Notes: generated by a model from the letters alone, not told the origin. 64,000 bases of DNA from Sphingomonadales bacterium (GCA_016720115.1 JADJXT010000001.1:330806-394805); one strand, 5' to 3'; counted from the stretch's first letter, positions 26,661 through 37,368 are shown. Program-made: numbers and translations.

Positions 26661-27806
26661 ATGGCGGTACCGTTTTTTCGTCTGGACGTCAGCGATGCCG
26701 AACGAGCAGCTGTCGACCGCATTCTTCAGTCTGGCTGGTTGACGACCGGTGGTGAAACCAAGCATTTCGAGAAGGAGTTTGCCGACTATATCGGCGGGGA
26801 TGTTGAAGCGATTGCTGTCAATTCGAACACCGCTGGCATGCACCTGGCCTTGGAAGCGATGGGCATAACCAGTGGCGACGAGGTAATCGTGCCGAGCCTG
26901 ACATTCACTGCGACCGCCGAAGTGGTACGCTATCTGGGCGCGGACCCGGCGTTCGTTGATGTCGATCCCGAGACGAGGTGTATTGATCCCGATCTGGTCG
27001 AGGCAGCGATCACCGAAAAGACAAAAGCTATTATTCCGGTGCATTTCGGCGGGCTGGCGGCTGACATAAGCCGTCTTTCAGCAATAGCGGACCGTTATGG
27101 CCTGCAAGTGCTGGAAGATGCGGCGCACAGCTTTCCAACGACGCATCATGGGAAAATCGTCGGCTCGCTGAACACCTCAGCGACCGTTTTTTCTTTTTAC
27201 GCAAACAAGACCATCACCACCGGCGAAGGTGGAATGATCGTGACGCGCGATAGAGAGTTGGCGGCGCGATGCCGGGTGATGCGCTTACACGGCATGGACC
27301 GCGATGCTTTCGCCCGTTTCACGGGCACATCATCGCAATGGCGATACGATGTGATCGCTCCCGGGTTCAAATATAATCTTACAGATATAGCGGCGGCAAT
27401 AGGTCGCGAGCAGTTGAAGAACGCGGAGAATAAACGCGCCAAACGGCAAGCAATCGCTGAACGGTACATCAAGGCGCTTTCGGAGCTACCCATCGAATTG
27501 CCTCCGACCAGCGGCGATGACGTCCATTCCTGGCATCTGTTCCCGATCCGGGTGCTTGCCGAAGCTCAAACAGGTCGCGACGAACTGGCCGAACATTTAT
27601 CCTCATCCGACATCGGATATTCGGTTCATTATTGGCCGCTTCATCGGATGACCTATTGGCAGAGCTGTTACAATCTTGACGACGCGCGCTTTCCTGTCTC
27701 GTCACGACACGGTGATACGAGTATCTCCTTGCCGATTTTTGACGATATGCGTGATGCAGAAATCACCAACGTCATCAATGCTGTCCGGTCGTTCTTCACA
27801 CGGTGA
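26661..27806 (+). CDS. DegT-family aminotransferase, PglE/ArnB-like (sugar 4-aminotransferase type)
   Basis: AVNSNTAGMHLALEA and PLP-lysine block FSFYANKTITTGEGGMIV, followed by RLHGMDRDAF. Confidence 0.85.
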   Translation: MAVPFFRLDVSDAERAAVDRILQSGWLTTGGETKHFEKEFADYIGGDVEAIAVNSNTAGMHLALEAMGITSGDEVIVPSLTFTATAEVVRYLGADPAFVDVDPETRCIDPDLVEAAITEKTKAIIPVHFGGLAADISRLSAIADRYGLQVLEDAAHSFPTTHHGKIVGSLNTSATVFSFYANKTITTGEGGMIVTRDRELAARCRVMRLHGMDRDAFARFTGTSSQWRYDVIAPGFKYNLTDIAAAIGREQLKNAENKRAKRQAIAERYIKALSELPIELPPTSGDDVHSWHLFPIRVLAEAQTGRDELAEHLSSSDIGYSVHYWPLHRMTYWQSCYNLDDARFPVSSRHGDTSISLPIFDDMRDAEITNVINAVRSFFTR

Positions 27807-28411
27807 AAACGATGGTCAAAAGACTTTTTGATATCCTTGCATCGGCGGCTGGCATCGTTGTGCTATGGCCGTTGTTCGTGCTGTCCGCCATTTTGATCTG
27901 GAAAGACGATAACAAAGGCCCTTTGTTTTTCAAACAGGTTCGCGTCGGCCAAAATGGACGCCCCTTTGAAATACTCAAATTTCGGACGATGTCCGTTACA
28001 AAAAGCCAAGCGAGTACCCAGGTGACGCAAGCGTCAGATAGCCGGATAACGCGCCCGGGCCGACTGTTGCGAAAGTGGAAATTGGACGAACTTCCGCAAC
28101 TCGTCAACGTTCTCAAAGGCGACATGTCGATTGTGGGACCAAGACCAGAGGTTCCATACTTTATGGAAAAATACCCCGACAGGCAGAGGAAGATCATCCT
28201 TTCCATGAAGCCGGGCATCACTGATCTTGCTGCGATTGAATTTCGGAACGAGCAAGAAATTCTTCAAAACTATGAAGATATAGAAAAGGCATATATCGAT
28301 ATAATAATGCCAATAAAATTTAGACTTTACAACAAATATTCAAAGAAAAAATCCTTGTTCTTTGATATAAAAATCATTTTTCTGACATTGAAGAATATAA
28401 TTCTACGTTAG
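27803..28411 (+). CDS. Small monotopic phosphoglycosyl transferase (PglC/WbaP-C-terminal 'bacterial sugar transferase' family)
   Basis: KRLFDILASAAGIVVLWPLFVLSAILI re-entrant helix, RPFEILKFRTM, DELPQLVNVLKGDMSIVGPRPE. GTG 27803 overlaps the upstream stop (GTGA), and ATG 27812 is an alternative start. Confidence 0.9.
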   Translation: MKTMVKRLFDILASAAGIVVLWPLFVLSAILIWKDDNKGPLFFKQVRVGQNGRPFEILKFRTMSVTKSQASTQVTQASDSRITRPGRLLRKWKLDELPQLVNVLKGDMSIVGPRPEVPYFMEKYPDRQRKIILSMKPGITDLAAIEFRNEQEILQNYEDIEKAYIDIIMPIKFRLYNKYSKKKSLFFDIKIIFLTLKNIILR

Positions 28412-28999
28412 TTTTTCCAAATAATATTGATTGTGAATGAGGCATACAAATCGAAATCCGTCTTTTATATAAGCATTCATTGCGCCAATATTATCAGAAT
28501 TTACGTATAGCCCCACTGTGTCTTCGTGCTGTTCGGACGCCCTTGCTGAAAGGGCATCCAACAACATTCCGCCAATCCCAGCTCTAGGCAGACTGGAAGC
28601 TATCGAAAGCAGCAAAAAACCACACGGCAAATGGTCGGCGTTTGGCGAACGGCGCTTGGCGAGCAGATTTAGCAATTTCAGAATTGATGTGAGGGGGTGT
28701 GCAAGAGATGCGCGCACGATGTCGCGCCGATGAAGCCGCTTGAAGGACGCAATCAATAGTGGGATTTGCCGTCCGAAGACGGCAAATCCCACTATGTCAT
28801 TCGGATTCGAGACTTTTGTTGCCACGACAATTTCGACACCCCCCCGCAGGAAAATCCCGTAATAGGAAATTAGCACCGCGGCAGGTAACAGGCTGGTAAA
28901 ATGGCTTTTCGAATAGGCTATCAGATGGATCTTCGCGATCGATTCCAGGTCGGACTCGACGGCCGACCGCAAGCAATATTCGGGCTGAATGACTTCCAT
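28403..28999 (-). CDS. GNAT-family N-acetyltransferase
   Basis: 198 aa with an acetyl-CoA pocket-like RAGIGGMLLDAL. AT-rich. It is the last gene of the minus-strand glycan operon. The assignment is fold-level only. Confidence 0.6.
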   Translation of the reverse strand: MEVIQPEYCLRSAVESDLESIAKIHLIAYSKSHFTSLLPAAVLISYYGIFLRGGVEIVVATKVSNPNDIVGFAVFGRQIPLLIASFKRLHRRDIVRASLAHPLTSILKLLNLLAKRRSPNADHLPCGFLLLSIASSLPRAGIGGMLLDALSARASEQHEDTVGLYVNSDNIGAMNAYIKDGFRFVCLIHNQYYLEKLT

Positions 29000-29007
29000 T
29001 GGCGATC

Positions 29008-30114
29008 CTACATAAGTTCCAGCGCACTTCGTATTTCGTTCGCGACGCGACGGGCATCATGCGCTTTCATGGTCGGGCCGATCGGGAGACTGATCAGTTG
29101 AGCGGCCATTGCCTCGGTAATCGGGAACGCGCCTTCTCCGATATTCATGTGCTCGAAAGCCTTCTGGCGATGGGGCGGCACCGGATAGTGGATCAACGTT
29201 TCTATTTCGCGGGCCGAGAGGTATTCACGCAATCCGTCACGCTGGATGTGGCGTACACAATAAAGGTGCCAGACAGGCTCGGCCCAGGAAGGAAGAACGG
29301 GCAAACGAAGCGAGGTTTCGCGCAGCGCTTCCGAATATATATTGGCCAATACTCGGCGACGCTCGTTCCACATGTCGAGATAACGGAGCTTTACCCGCAA
29401 AGCCGCAGCCTGCAGCGAGTCAAGCCTGCTGTTGTAGCCGACCGCTTCGTTATAGTATCGCTGGCGCGACCCATAGTTACGGAGCATCTCAATACGATCC
29501 GCGAGTTCCGAATCGTTTGTACTGATCGCGCCGCCATCGCCAAATGCCCCCAGATTCTTCCCGGGATAGAAGGACCAAGTAACAATATCTCCGTGACTGC
29601 CAATCCGGCGCCCCTTGTAACGAGCACCGTGCGCCTGTGCGGCATCCTCGATGACGCGCAAACCATGTTTGCGTGCGATCGCCAATATGGGATCAAGATC
29701 GGCGGGCAGTCCGTACAGGTGAACCGGGACAATCGCAGTAGTCCGCTCCGTCACTGCATCCTCGATCAATGCCGGATTGATGTTATATGTCTGGTCATCG
29801 GGCTCAACCGCGACCGGGACAGCGCCACATTGCGTAACCGCCAGCCATGTGGCTATAAACGTGTTGGACGGCACGATCACCTCGTCACCTGGACCAATGC
29901 CCAACGCCTTTAAAGCTAGGAATATGGCGTCCATGCCATTTGCCACGCCCACACAATGGTCTGCCTCCACATAGGCGGCAAATTCGGATTCAAACAATTC
30001 GACTTCCGGACCACCGATATATTGGCCCGATTGCAGTGTTGCGAGGACGGCGTCCGCTATTTCAGTCTGGACCTCTTCAAAGGACGCCTTCAGATCGAGG
30101 AACTTAACGGTCAT
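29008..30114 (-). CDS. dTDP-3-amino-3,6-dideoxyhexose (FdtB/QdtB-type) aminotransferase, DegT family
   Basis: [31 protein letters not shown] and [16 protein letters not shown]. It sits directly downstream of FdtA-like and FdtC-like genes. Confidence 0.8.
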   Translation of the reverse strand: MTVKFLDLKASFEEVQTEIADAVLATLQSGQYIGGPEVELFESEFAAYVEADHCVGVANGMDAIFLALKALGIGPGDEVIVPSNTFIATWLAVTQCGAVPVAVEPDDQTYNINPALIEDAVTERTTAIVPVHLYGLPADLDPILAIARKHGLRVIEDAAQAHGARYKGRRIGSHGDIVTWSFYPGKNLGAFGDGGAISTNDSELADRIEMLRNYGSRQRYYNEAVGYNSRLDSLQAAALRVKLRYLDMWNERRRVLANIYSEALRETSLRLPVLPSWAEPVWHLYCVRHIQRDGLREYLSAREIETLIHYPVPPHRQKAFEHMNIGEGAFPITEAMAAQLISLPIGPTMKAHDARRVANEIRSALELM

Positions 30115-30518
30115 GGTGTAGCTTCTCTATAAAATTCGTCATATGATCTGAAGTAATCATCTTCGGCGTAGCGTTCCGATGCCAGCACAAGGCAAACCGC
30201 ATCCTCCGAAAAATCCTTCAGATCCCTCCATATCATTTTGCTGATGTATAGACCTTGGTCAGGCTTCGACAGTCGAAATGTCTTGCACTCTTTCCCATCG
30301 TCCAGCACAACGGAAAATGAACCGGATACCGCGATCATCAATTGTTGCAGGTCGCGATGGCCGTGTGCACCCCGCTCTTTTCCCGACGGGATGTCGAACA
30401 GGTAGTAGACCCTCCGAATTTCGAATGGAATGGTACTGGGCGGCTCGACAAATGCGAGTTTGCCCCGGTCATCTGCGCTCCCAGGCAGATCGACGAGTTT
30501 GCACTCGGAAATCGTCAT
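30111..30518 (-). CDS. dTDP-4-oxo-6-deoxyglucose 3,4-oxoisomerase (FdtA/QdtA, WxcM-like cupin)
   Basis: 135 aa, [50 protein letters not shown] overlaps occur on both sides. Confidence 0.85.
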   Translation of the reverse strand: MTISECKLVDLPGSADDRGKLAFVEPPSTIPFEIRRVYYLFDIPSGKERGAHGHRDLQQLMIAVSGSFSVVLDDGKECKTFRLSKPDQGLYISKMIWRDLKDFSEDAVCLVLASERYAEDDYFRSYDEFYREATP

Positions 30519-30994
30519 AGTGCTTCGTCGTCCAGATATCGAACGTGCCGTGCGGGATTCCCGACGACCAGGCTATGAGGCTCGACATTCTTGGTGACGA
30601 CCGCACCGGCGCCGACCATTGCCCCTTTGCCGATGCAAATTCCAGGTAGGATGACCGCTCCAGCTCCGATGGATGCGCCGTGCTCGATGATGGTTTCCTC
30701 TAATACAAAGTCATGCTGTCTGCTCCTTGGCATCCGGTCATTGGTGAACGTCACATTCGGACCCACAAACACGTCGTCGGCGATACGCAAGCCGTTCCAG
30801 AGCTGCACGCCTGACTTGATCGTCACCCGGTCGCCCACCGTCACATCGCCTTCGACCAGAACATGAGAGCAAATGTTGCAGTCGCGCCCGATTTGCGCGC
30901 CGACCAAGATAACCACGAACTGCCAAATGCGCGTGCCTTCCCCGATCATGCAATCAGCTACATCGGCGGATGCATGGATAAAAGACATGGTCAT
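30515..30994 (-). CDS. Left-handed beta-helix N-acetyltransferase (FdtC/QdtC-like)
   Basis: Hexapeptide repeats throughout ([47 protein letters not shown]..). Position is within the fdtA/fdtB triad. Confidence 0.8.
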   Translation of the reverse strand: MTMSFIHASADVADCMIGEGTRIWQFVVILVGAQIGRDCNICSHVLVEGDVTVGDRVTIKSGVQLWNGLRIADDVFVGPNVTFTNDRMPRSRQHDFVLEETIIEHGASIGAGAVILPGICIGKGAMVGAGAVVTKNVEPHSLVVGNPARHVRYLDDEAL

Positions 30995-31012
30995 ACTCCA
31001 TCCGATGCCGGA

Positions 31013-31819
31013 TCAGGCATCAAACTTCCTTTTTATCGGAAGTATCAACAGGTTGAAAACAAAATGGGTAAGCACTGCGGTCAGCCAATACAAAGGACTG
31101 ACCAATCGGAAATTTTTGCTCAGCAGCAGCAGTTTCTGGTGCAGCAGAACTACAGGATCGGATTTTCGCATCGTGCTTTCCGGATGTAGCCGGTAAAGCA
31201 GCAGCGGCTCTGCGACGGATGAAAACCGGGTGCTGGCTGCGCAGCGTATTACCCAGTCCCAATCCTCCTCGCGGAGGGTTTCGTCGAAGCCGCCGAGGCT
31301 GTCATACAAGTTCCGGGAGAACAACATCGTTCCAGCTGGTACATGCTGGCGGAAAAACACCCGCTTCAGCAATTGTCCGTCAAATACACGGCGCGGAAAA
31401 ATACGCCCTGTTTCAGGCAGCGAACCGTCCATGAATGCACGGGCCTGCGCGTAACAAAACTTCGATCCTGGTTGTGCGGCAAGCGCCAGCATCTGCAACT
31501 CGATCTTGTCTCTTCGCCAGAGATCGTCAGATCCGAGTATAGCGATCCATTCACCGCGGGCCCGCTCACGGATTCCCCGATTGAGCGTTGCGCAAACGCC
31601 ACGATTTTCCTGGATGAGGAGGTCGAACTTCAATTTTTCCGAAAGGCGCTGAAGAAGAGGCGCGGAACCATCGGAAGAACCGTCATCGACCACGATCAGC
31701 TGCAATCGCGCATAAGTTTGGCTGAGCACCGAACAAATGGTTTGTTCGATGAATTGGCTGTGATTGAAGCTTGGAATAACTACGCTCACCAAGGGCGCAG
31801 TAGTGTTTTTTTCGTTCAC
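31013..31819 (-). CDS. Family 2 glycosyltransferase
   Basis: VSVVIPSFNHSQFIEQTICSVLSQTYARLQLIVVDDGSSDGS and ILGSDDLW. The chosen start is GTG 31819, which overlaps the upstream stop (GTGA). The longer ORF to 32083 runs inside the wzy-like gene. Confidence 0.85.
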   Translation of the reverse strand: MNEKNTTAPLVSVVIPSFNHSQFIEQTICSVLSQTYARLQLIVVDDGSSDGSAPLLQRLSEKLKFDLLIQENRGVCATLNRGIRERARGEWIAILGSDDLWRRDKIELQMLALAAQPGSKFCYAQARAFMDGSLPETGRIFPRRVFDGQLLKRVFFRQHVPAGTMLFSRNLYDSLGGFDETLREEDWDWVIRCAASTRFSSVAEPLLLYRLHPESTMRKSDPVVLLHQKLLLLSKNFRLVSPLYWLTAVLTHFVFNLLILPIKRKFDA

Positions 31820-33180
31820 ACGCGCCCCCGCAGTGGCTGATCGGCGGGACGCAAGAAGACAAAGAATATTACAAAAACCGCCATGAGGCCGCCGGTAAGA
31901 AGTCCGGCGAGCAGATCGATCGAATTGATCACGCTGAAAATCGGGATGATAAATGCCGACACAACAAAAGCACGACCGTAAATTCCGCCTAACCAGTCGA
32001 TCACGGCAATAATGCAGGAAAGCAGCATGGCATAAAACGCAATGCCGAAATATCCCGCATTCATGTAACCGTTCGCAATCCAACCGGTGTTCGCCCCGAC
32101 GTCGGTCAATCCCGTCATTTTTTCTCCGATGTAGAAAACGGCAGGGGTTGGAAGATTGGTCTTCACCAGCCCTAAGCTGAATTTGCTTTCAGCCCAGAAC
32201 TGGGCGCCGATGTGGGAAAACTCGTCGAAGAAAAAAAAGTGTATCTGGGCCGGAATGAAAATAAGGCGATTGGCAAAAGACGACGACAATATATTCGCTA
32301 AAGCGCCAGTCGAATATAGCGTCAATACGCCAAGAAAAACAATTCCCAATATGAGGAAAGTCCCGACATGACGAAGCTTTATAACAAAATATCCAAAAGC
32401 AGAAAATAAAGGATAGAATAAAAATGCTTTGTGAGACGAAAATCCAAAGAAAAGAATTCCAATAATAAATGCAGACAAAGCAATAAGCCATCTTCTTTGA
32501 TCAATTGATACTGAAGTTATAAATCCTAAACATGCGCCTGCTGCGATAGGCAAGAGGTAGTTTAATGGAAACTCTAGAGACTCGTTGAAATCTAGCCTGT
32601 AATCATAGACATTTAGGAAGGATAGGTTAAAAAATCCCCTAACATGTATGATCAAATACAGTAGAATAGACAGTGTAAAGAAATATATAGCATAGAAGTT
32701 TACATGATATTTCATTCCAAGCGACTCGCGCGCCCGCTTTTTCGGGATGGCTTCCTCAATAATCGGTGCCATAAGCTTAACGAAGAATACTGCCGCGTAC
32801 ATTGTCAAGAGAAAATATTCATCGTTACTTTGTAAGTAAGCAAGCGCAGTTGCCGGGGCCAGTATAAAGATGAGTGATAGCAGTACAAAGACATCAACCA
32901 TTTTCTGTGGTCTAATATTAGTAAAAATACCTGCTAACAACAGTAGAATATGAGAGAATATGAAAAAACTTGTTGGATTGTAAATAAATCCTCCAAAAAA
33001 ATACACTGGGGTGATTACGCTACGAAAAAGTATACAGTAGGACGTATATAAAAATACTATCAATATGAGAGACGTAAGCCGCTCCGTTACCGACACTCTT
33101 CGGGCAGTACGATGCGAGCCGTTCACTGGAGCCGACGGAACAAATCGCGATTGCGTTAAAGTACTAGCGAAGCTTTCCAT
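31816..33180 (-). CDS. Polytopic membrane protein, candidate O-unit polymerase (Wzy-type)
   Basis: More than 10 hydrophobic spans, strongly AT-rich, no soluble domain, located between two glycosyltransferase genes. The assignment rests on architecture and context. Confidence 0.6.
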   Translation of the reverse strand: MESFASTLTQSRFVPSAPVNGSHRTARRVSVTERLTSLILIVFLYTSYCILFRSVITPVYFFGGFIYNPTSFFIFSHILLLLAGIFTNIRPQKMVDVFVLLSLIFILAPATALAYLQSNDEYFLLTMYAAVFFVKLMAPIIEEAIPKKRARESLGMKYHVNFYAIYFFTLSILLYLIIHVRGFFNLSFLNVYDYRLDFNESLEFPLNYLLPIAAGACLGFITSVSIDQRRWLIALSAFIIGILFFGFSSHKAFLFYPLFSAFGYFVIKLRHVGTFLILGIVFLGVLTLYSTGALANILSSSFANRLIFIPAQIHFFFFDEFSHIGAQFWAESKFSLGLVKTNLPTPAVFYIGEKMTGLTDVGANTGWIANGYMNAGYFGIAFYAMLLSCIIAVIDWLGGIYGRAFVVSAFIIPIFSVINSIDLLAGLLTGGLMAVFVIFFVFLRPADQPLRGRV

Positions 33181-34261
33181 ATAGTTCCAATAGCTTTTCG
33201 CCTTCGCGTTCCCAAGTGAAGTTTTGTTCGATCAACCTCCTCCCATTTCTGGAAAAACGGGTGCATATGCTTTCATCTGTTGCAAGAATGTTGATCGCTG
33301 CAGCGAGCGCCTCCGACGATGCCGGATCGACGCACAATCCACATTCCCCGTCTTCGATTACCGATTTCCATAGCGCAAAGTCGGAGCAGATCACGGGAAT
33401 GCCGGCCGACATATACTCGAATAACTTGTTCGGCTGTGAATGAATGTGATTGGGAGCGGGAAGGAAATTGACGATCCCGGCGAAAGATCGCCGATAAATG
33501 TCGGCCACCCCTTGGCGGTCGGTTTGCCCGTGAAATTCGACGCGGGACCAGTTTCGGTGGTTGCGACATGCACGTTCGACGCTTTCGTCCGCAAACAAGC
33601 CGGCAAGTCGAAAGCGGATCTTGCCATCGGTCGCGTCCAGCGAATCCAGCAGTGGCATGATTCCGCGGATGAAACTTATGGCGCCAACGTAACATACGCC
33701 GTCGCGCTCTATTGCCTCATCTTTGTGCTGGTGATCGAATTCGGTCGACAGAGGGTAATTGTTTATTGCGGCCGTAGCAGCGTTTACCGGCTGGAAACGG
33801 CGGGCGATGTGCGGCGTTGCGGCAACAATTGCACTGAGGCGCGCGCCTACGAAATTTTCTATCTGCTCCAAGACGTATGCCATCGGCCGCCTCAGCAGTT
33901 GCGGAATCCATTCTTTGGTTACTAGGTCTTCGACCAGGCATTCATGCGAATCGTAGATTACCCGCCGCCCCTGAAGCTTCAGCAAGAGCGCATAAGGGAG
34001 CAGCTCAGGATCGTGAAAATGATAAATATCGGCATTCTCGCGCCTTGCGAGCCCATATACCCGGTAACTGTGGAAGAGCATCCGGGCAATCCGGTTTTTG
34101 GGCGGCTTGACCGGAACGATCCGGACCGGTCCGCCGTCAACTTTTGCCGGGCAAGCAATAAGGGTTACATCGTGGCCACCTTGTGCCAATGTCGTACATT
34201 GCTTGCGAAACACCCGGATGTCATTGACTTTATGTACCGAGCTGAAGTGGCAGACTTGCAT
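33164..34261 (-). CDS. Family 4 (GT-B) glycosyltransferase
   Basis: The N-terminal block HFSSVHKVNDIRVFRKQCTTLAQGGHDV is typical of WbuB-like GT4. C-terminal EX7E-region FEYMSAGIPVICSD. Confidence 0.85.
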   Translation of the reverse strand: MQVCHFSSVHKVNDIRVFRKQCTTLAQGGHDVTLIACPAKVDGGPVRIVPVKPPKNRIARMLFHSYRVYGLARRENADIYHFHDPELLPYALLLKLQGRRVIYDSHECLVEDLVTKEWIPQLLRRPMAYVLEQIENFVGARLSAIVAATPHIARRFQPVNAATAAINNYPLSTEFDHQHKDEAIERDGVCYVGAISFIRGIMPLLDSLDATDGKIRFRLAGLFADESVERACRNHRNWSRVEFHGQTDRQGVADIYRRSFAGIVNFLPAPNHIHSQPNKLFEYMSAGIPVICSDFALWKSVIEDGECGLCVDPASSEALAAAINILATDESICTRFSRNGRRLIEQNFTWEREGEKLLELYGKLR

Positions 34262-34329
34262 TTAACAAATTTTTCCGTAACTGAGCCGAGCTGTGAACTG
34301 GGTCGCAAGACCCGTGCTTAGCAGCGATT

Positions 34330-35397
34330 TCAGTGCTGGGCCATAGCACGAGCAATATGATCGGCCGCCGTCCCGTCTCCATAAGGCAGAACGTCGTTGC
34401 GACCGGTTGTTCCGCCAGCAGTGATAATCGCCCGTAAGTCATCGCGTGACGGGGACGCCAATTGATTCCAGCCGAGTTCGACCAGCTCCGTCCATTCGGT
34501 CTCGTCGCGAAGCGTGATGCACGGAACGCGATGAAAATACGCCTCTTTTTGAACGCCGCCACTGTCAGTCACGATAAGTGCAGCGTTGCGCTCAAGATCG
34601 ATCATTTGTAGATAACCCAAAGGATCGACTACCCGGATGTTGTGGGGAAGCTGTAAGTTCATTGTTGTCATGGTGGCTCGCGTGCGCGGATGCAGCGGAA
34701 GGACAACAGGGTATGGGGAGGCGCCGAGACCTTCCATGATCGCGATCATGCGATCTTCATGATCGGTGTTTTCCTGGCGGTGAATGGTCGCAAGCACATA
34801 ATTATTGCGTTCGAGATTGAATATTTCGAGCTGGCTCTCCCGCCTTTCCACCATATCGGCGAACATCAACACGGCATCATACATGACGTCACCCACATTG
34901 AGGACATTATTGCCCGCTATTCCCTCGTTCTGCAGGTTCACGCCGGCCTGTTTACAAGGCGTGAACAACAGGCTACTGCAATGATCAGTAAGCCTGCGGT
35001 TCACCTCTTCAGGCATACGCATGTTGAAGGACCGCAATCCGGCTTCGACATGGGCGATCGGGATATGCAGCTTGGCGGCAGCTATGGCGCCTGCGAGTGT
35101 AGAATTGGTGTCGCCGTAAACCAGCACCCAATCAGGCTTTTCATCCTGCAGAACCGTCTCGATGGCTTCAATGGTCCTGCCCGTATTTGCGCCATGGGAC
35201 AGTCCGCCTATTCCGAGATGATGTGCAGGAGCCGGTATGGAAAGTTCCTCAAAGAAAACGCCGGACATGTTTGCGTCATAATGCTGTCCGGTATGTAGGA
35301 TGCATTCGACAATGCCGGATTGCCGGGAAAAGGCCCGGGAGACCGGTGCTGCCTTGATGAACTGCGGCCGGGCGCCGACGATCGTCACGATTTTCAA
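34330..35397 (-). CDS. UDP-HexNAc 2-epimerase, non-hydrolysing (WbpI/WecB family)
   Basis: MKIVTIVGARPQFIKAAPV, VYGDTNSTLAGAIAAAK and HVEAGLRSFN. Confidence 0.85.
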   Translation of the reverse strand: MKIVTIVGARPQFIKAAPVSRAFSRQSGIVECILHTGQHYDANMSGVFFEELSIPAPAHHLGIGGLSHGANTGRTIEAIETVLQDEKPDWVLVYGDTNSTLAGAIAAAKLHIPIAHVEAGLRSFNMRMPEEVNRRLTDHCSSLLFTPCKQAGVNLQNEGIAGNNVLNVGDVMYDAVLMFADMVERRESQLEIFNLERNNYVLATIHRQENTDHEDRMIAIMEGLGASPYPVVLPLHPRTRATMTTMNLQLPHNIRVVDPLGYLQMIDLERNAALIVTDSGGVQKEAYFHRVPCITLRDETEWTELVELGWNQLASPSRDDLRAIITAGGTTGRNDVLPYGDGTAADHIARAMAQH

Positions 35398-35422
35398 TTT
35401 TTGCTCCTACGGCTTTCCGGGA

Positions 35423-37318
35423 CTAAGCAGAGAATTGTTGCCAGCGATACCACCGGATGTAGTTGATCCAGCGCCACATTTGCCAGGTAAACCTGTGCTT
35501 GCCGGCTACGATGGCATCGAATGCATTAATCAGTTCATCGGATTTGATAAAGGGCACCTCTGGCGCGCTTTCCTTCAACCAATCTCGAAACTTTGGCGCC
35601 AATTCCAGCAGCCAGCGCTGTTCGGGCGTTGCGAAACCGATCTTGTCCTTCCGGTCGAGGATAGCGTCGGGAACGATCCCTCGCATTGCATGCCTGAAAA
35701 CGGATTTCGTCTCTCCCCGCTCGGAAATGAGAAAATCTTCGGGTAGTGACAGCAAAAGCTCGGCAAAATCCAGCGTGAGGAAGGGAACGCGGCTCTCTAT
35801 GGAAAATCGCATCGAATTCCGGTCGCCGTGACGCAACAATGCAGGAAGCCCCCGCCCCTGGAGCGAATGCGACAGTTGCTCAATCACCCGGCGCCCCTTG
35901 GATCGGCGGCTTCTGAGCGGCCTTGTCTCAATGAAATGGACACCTGCTTCTTCTAACATTCCAACGTTGAGCCAGTCTGGCTGGAAATTACGTCCGAAAT
36001 ATCGTCGGGCTTCTCCATATACCGAATCTGACAATGTGACCCGCCCAAATTCCATGACACCTTGCCCGATGCTGCGGCCTGGCCACTTTGCCCAATCAGC
36101 GAGAAAGCGCATGCTACCCAATATCTCACCTGTTTCGAGCTTGCTCAGCAACCGGTGGCCTGCATAGCCTGTATATCCGGCCAATAGCTCGTCGGCACCT
36201 TGGCCTTCCAGAGTTACGGTAACGCCATTGTCTCGTGCAAGCTGGAAGACGCGATATTGCGCATATAGGCTTGTGCTACCGAATGGTTCGTCCTGCGCCT
36301 GAATCATGTCGTCGAGATCCCGCCAGAGATCCCGGGCGGTCGCCCTAATCTTGTGCGACACACAACCGGCTTCGGCGTTGACCATGTCCAACCAATGCTC
36401 TTCAGATATACTCTGATCGTCAGCAATAAAGCTGAAGGTCTTGATCGAAGCCGAAGGCTCAAGGTGTCGGATCGCGCAAACAACCGCGGATGAATCGATT
36501 CCGCCCGACAAGGCCGCACCTAGACTGACGTCGCTTCGCAAATGCAGCCTGACATTTTCGAGAAACTGTTCGCGCACCATAAGTGCTGCTTCTTCGAAAG
36601 TTTTCGGGGTTTCCAAGGATGTAGGCGGCGTCCACCAGGCAATCGGCCCGCTGGACTTCAGAGACTCCAAGTCGATTTCGATCAACCGGCCTGGTTCAAG
36701 CTGGTAGAAACCCGCGATGAAACTTTCGGCATTGCTGTCGTAGTCAGCGTGGACAAGGTAATCGTAGCATCGCTGCAAATTTGGCTCCACGCGCTGCGCA
36801 GCCAAGGCGCGCAAGGCGGAAATCGTGCTGGCAAAAACGACCCTGTCCTTGTTCATGCCATAGAAGAGAGGCTTGATGCCAAAGCCGTCTCTTACAAGAG
36901 TCAACTTGCCGAGCTTACGGTCGTGAACCGCGAAGGCAAACATGCCGTTCAAGTGGCGAAGACATTCGATACCCCATTCGCGCCATGCGGCAAGCAGCAC
37001 TTCGGTATCGGAATTGGTTCCAATTTGATGCCCAAGGCCGACCAAAGCCGAACGCAATTCGCGATAATTGTAAATCTCTCCATTGAAAATGATCGAATGG
37101 CGGCCGTCGGGCGACAGCTTTGGTTGGTGCCCACCTGCTGACAGATCTATGATTGACAGGCGCGCGTGCACAAATGCTGTTACGCCCGCCGCGGAACAAT
37201 TCACTTCGCGACCGCTGTCGTCTGGGCCTCGTAACCGCAGCTCATAGGCCGCCCGGTCGAGTCGATCGGTCAGCTTCTCTTCAGAATTGCGCCAGTGTCC
37301 GCCAGCGATACCGCACAT
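35423..37318 (-). CDS. Glutamine-hydrolysing asparagine-synthetase-family amidotransferase (AsnB/WbpS-like)
   Basis: N-terminal nucleophile MCGIAGG, PP-loop ALSGGIDSSAVV, length 631 aa. Confidence 0.9.
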   Translation of the reverse strand: MCGIAGGHWRNSEEKLTDRLDRAAYELRLRGPDDSGREVNCSAAGVTAFVHARLSIIDLSAGGHQPKLSPDGRHSIIFNGEIYNYRELRSALVGLGHQIGTNSDTEVLLAAWREWGIECLRHLNGMFAFAVHDRKLGKLTLVRDGFGIKPLFYGMNKDRVVFASTISALRALAAQRVEPNLQRCYDYLVHADYDSNAESFIAGFYQLEPGRLIEIDLESLKSSGPIAWWTPPTSLETPKTFEEAALMVREQFLENVRLHLRSDVSLGAALSGGIDSSAVVCAIRHLEPSASIKTFSFIADDQSISEEHWLDMVNAEAGCVSHKIRATARDLWRDLDDMIQAQDEPFGSTSLYAQYRVFQLARDNGVTVTLEGQGADELLAGYTGYAGHRLLSKLETGEILGSMRFLADWAKWPGRSIGQGVMEFGRVTLSDSVYGEARRYFGRNFQPDWLNVGMLEEAGVHFIETRPLRSRRSKGRRVIEQLSHSLQGRGLPALLRHGDRNSMRFSIESRVPFLTLDFAELLLSLPEDFLISERGETKSVFRHAMRGIVPDAILDRKDKIGFATPEQRWLLELAPKFRDWLKESAPEVPFIKSDELINAFDAIVAGKHRFTWQMWRWINYIRWYRWQQFSA

Positions 37319-37368
37319 TGCGTGGCAACCCTCACTATCTTGCTGAACCGATCATCCGGCTCAATCAT

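Noticed and set aside
31013-32083. 356-aa version of the GT2 ORF
   Set aside because: The first 88 codons lie inside the wzy-like gene and are Cys/Arg-rich. A GTG start at 31819 overlapping the upstream stop gives a normal GT2 N-terminus.
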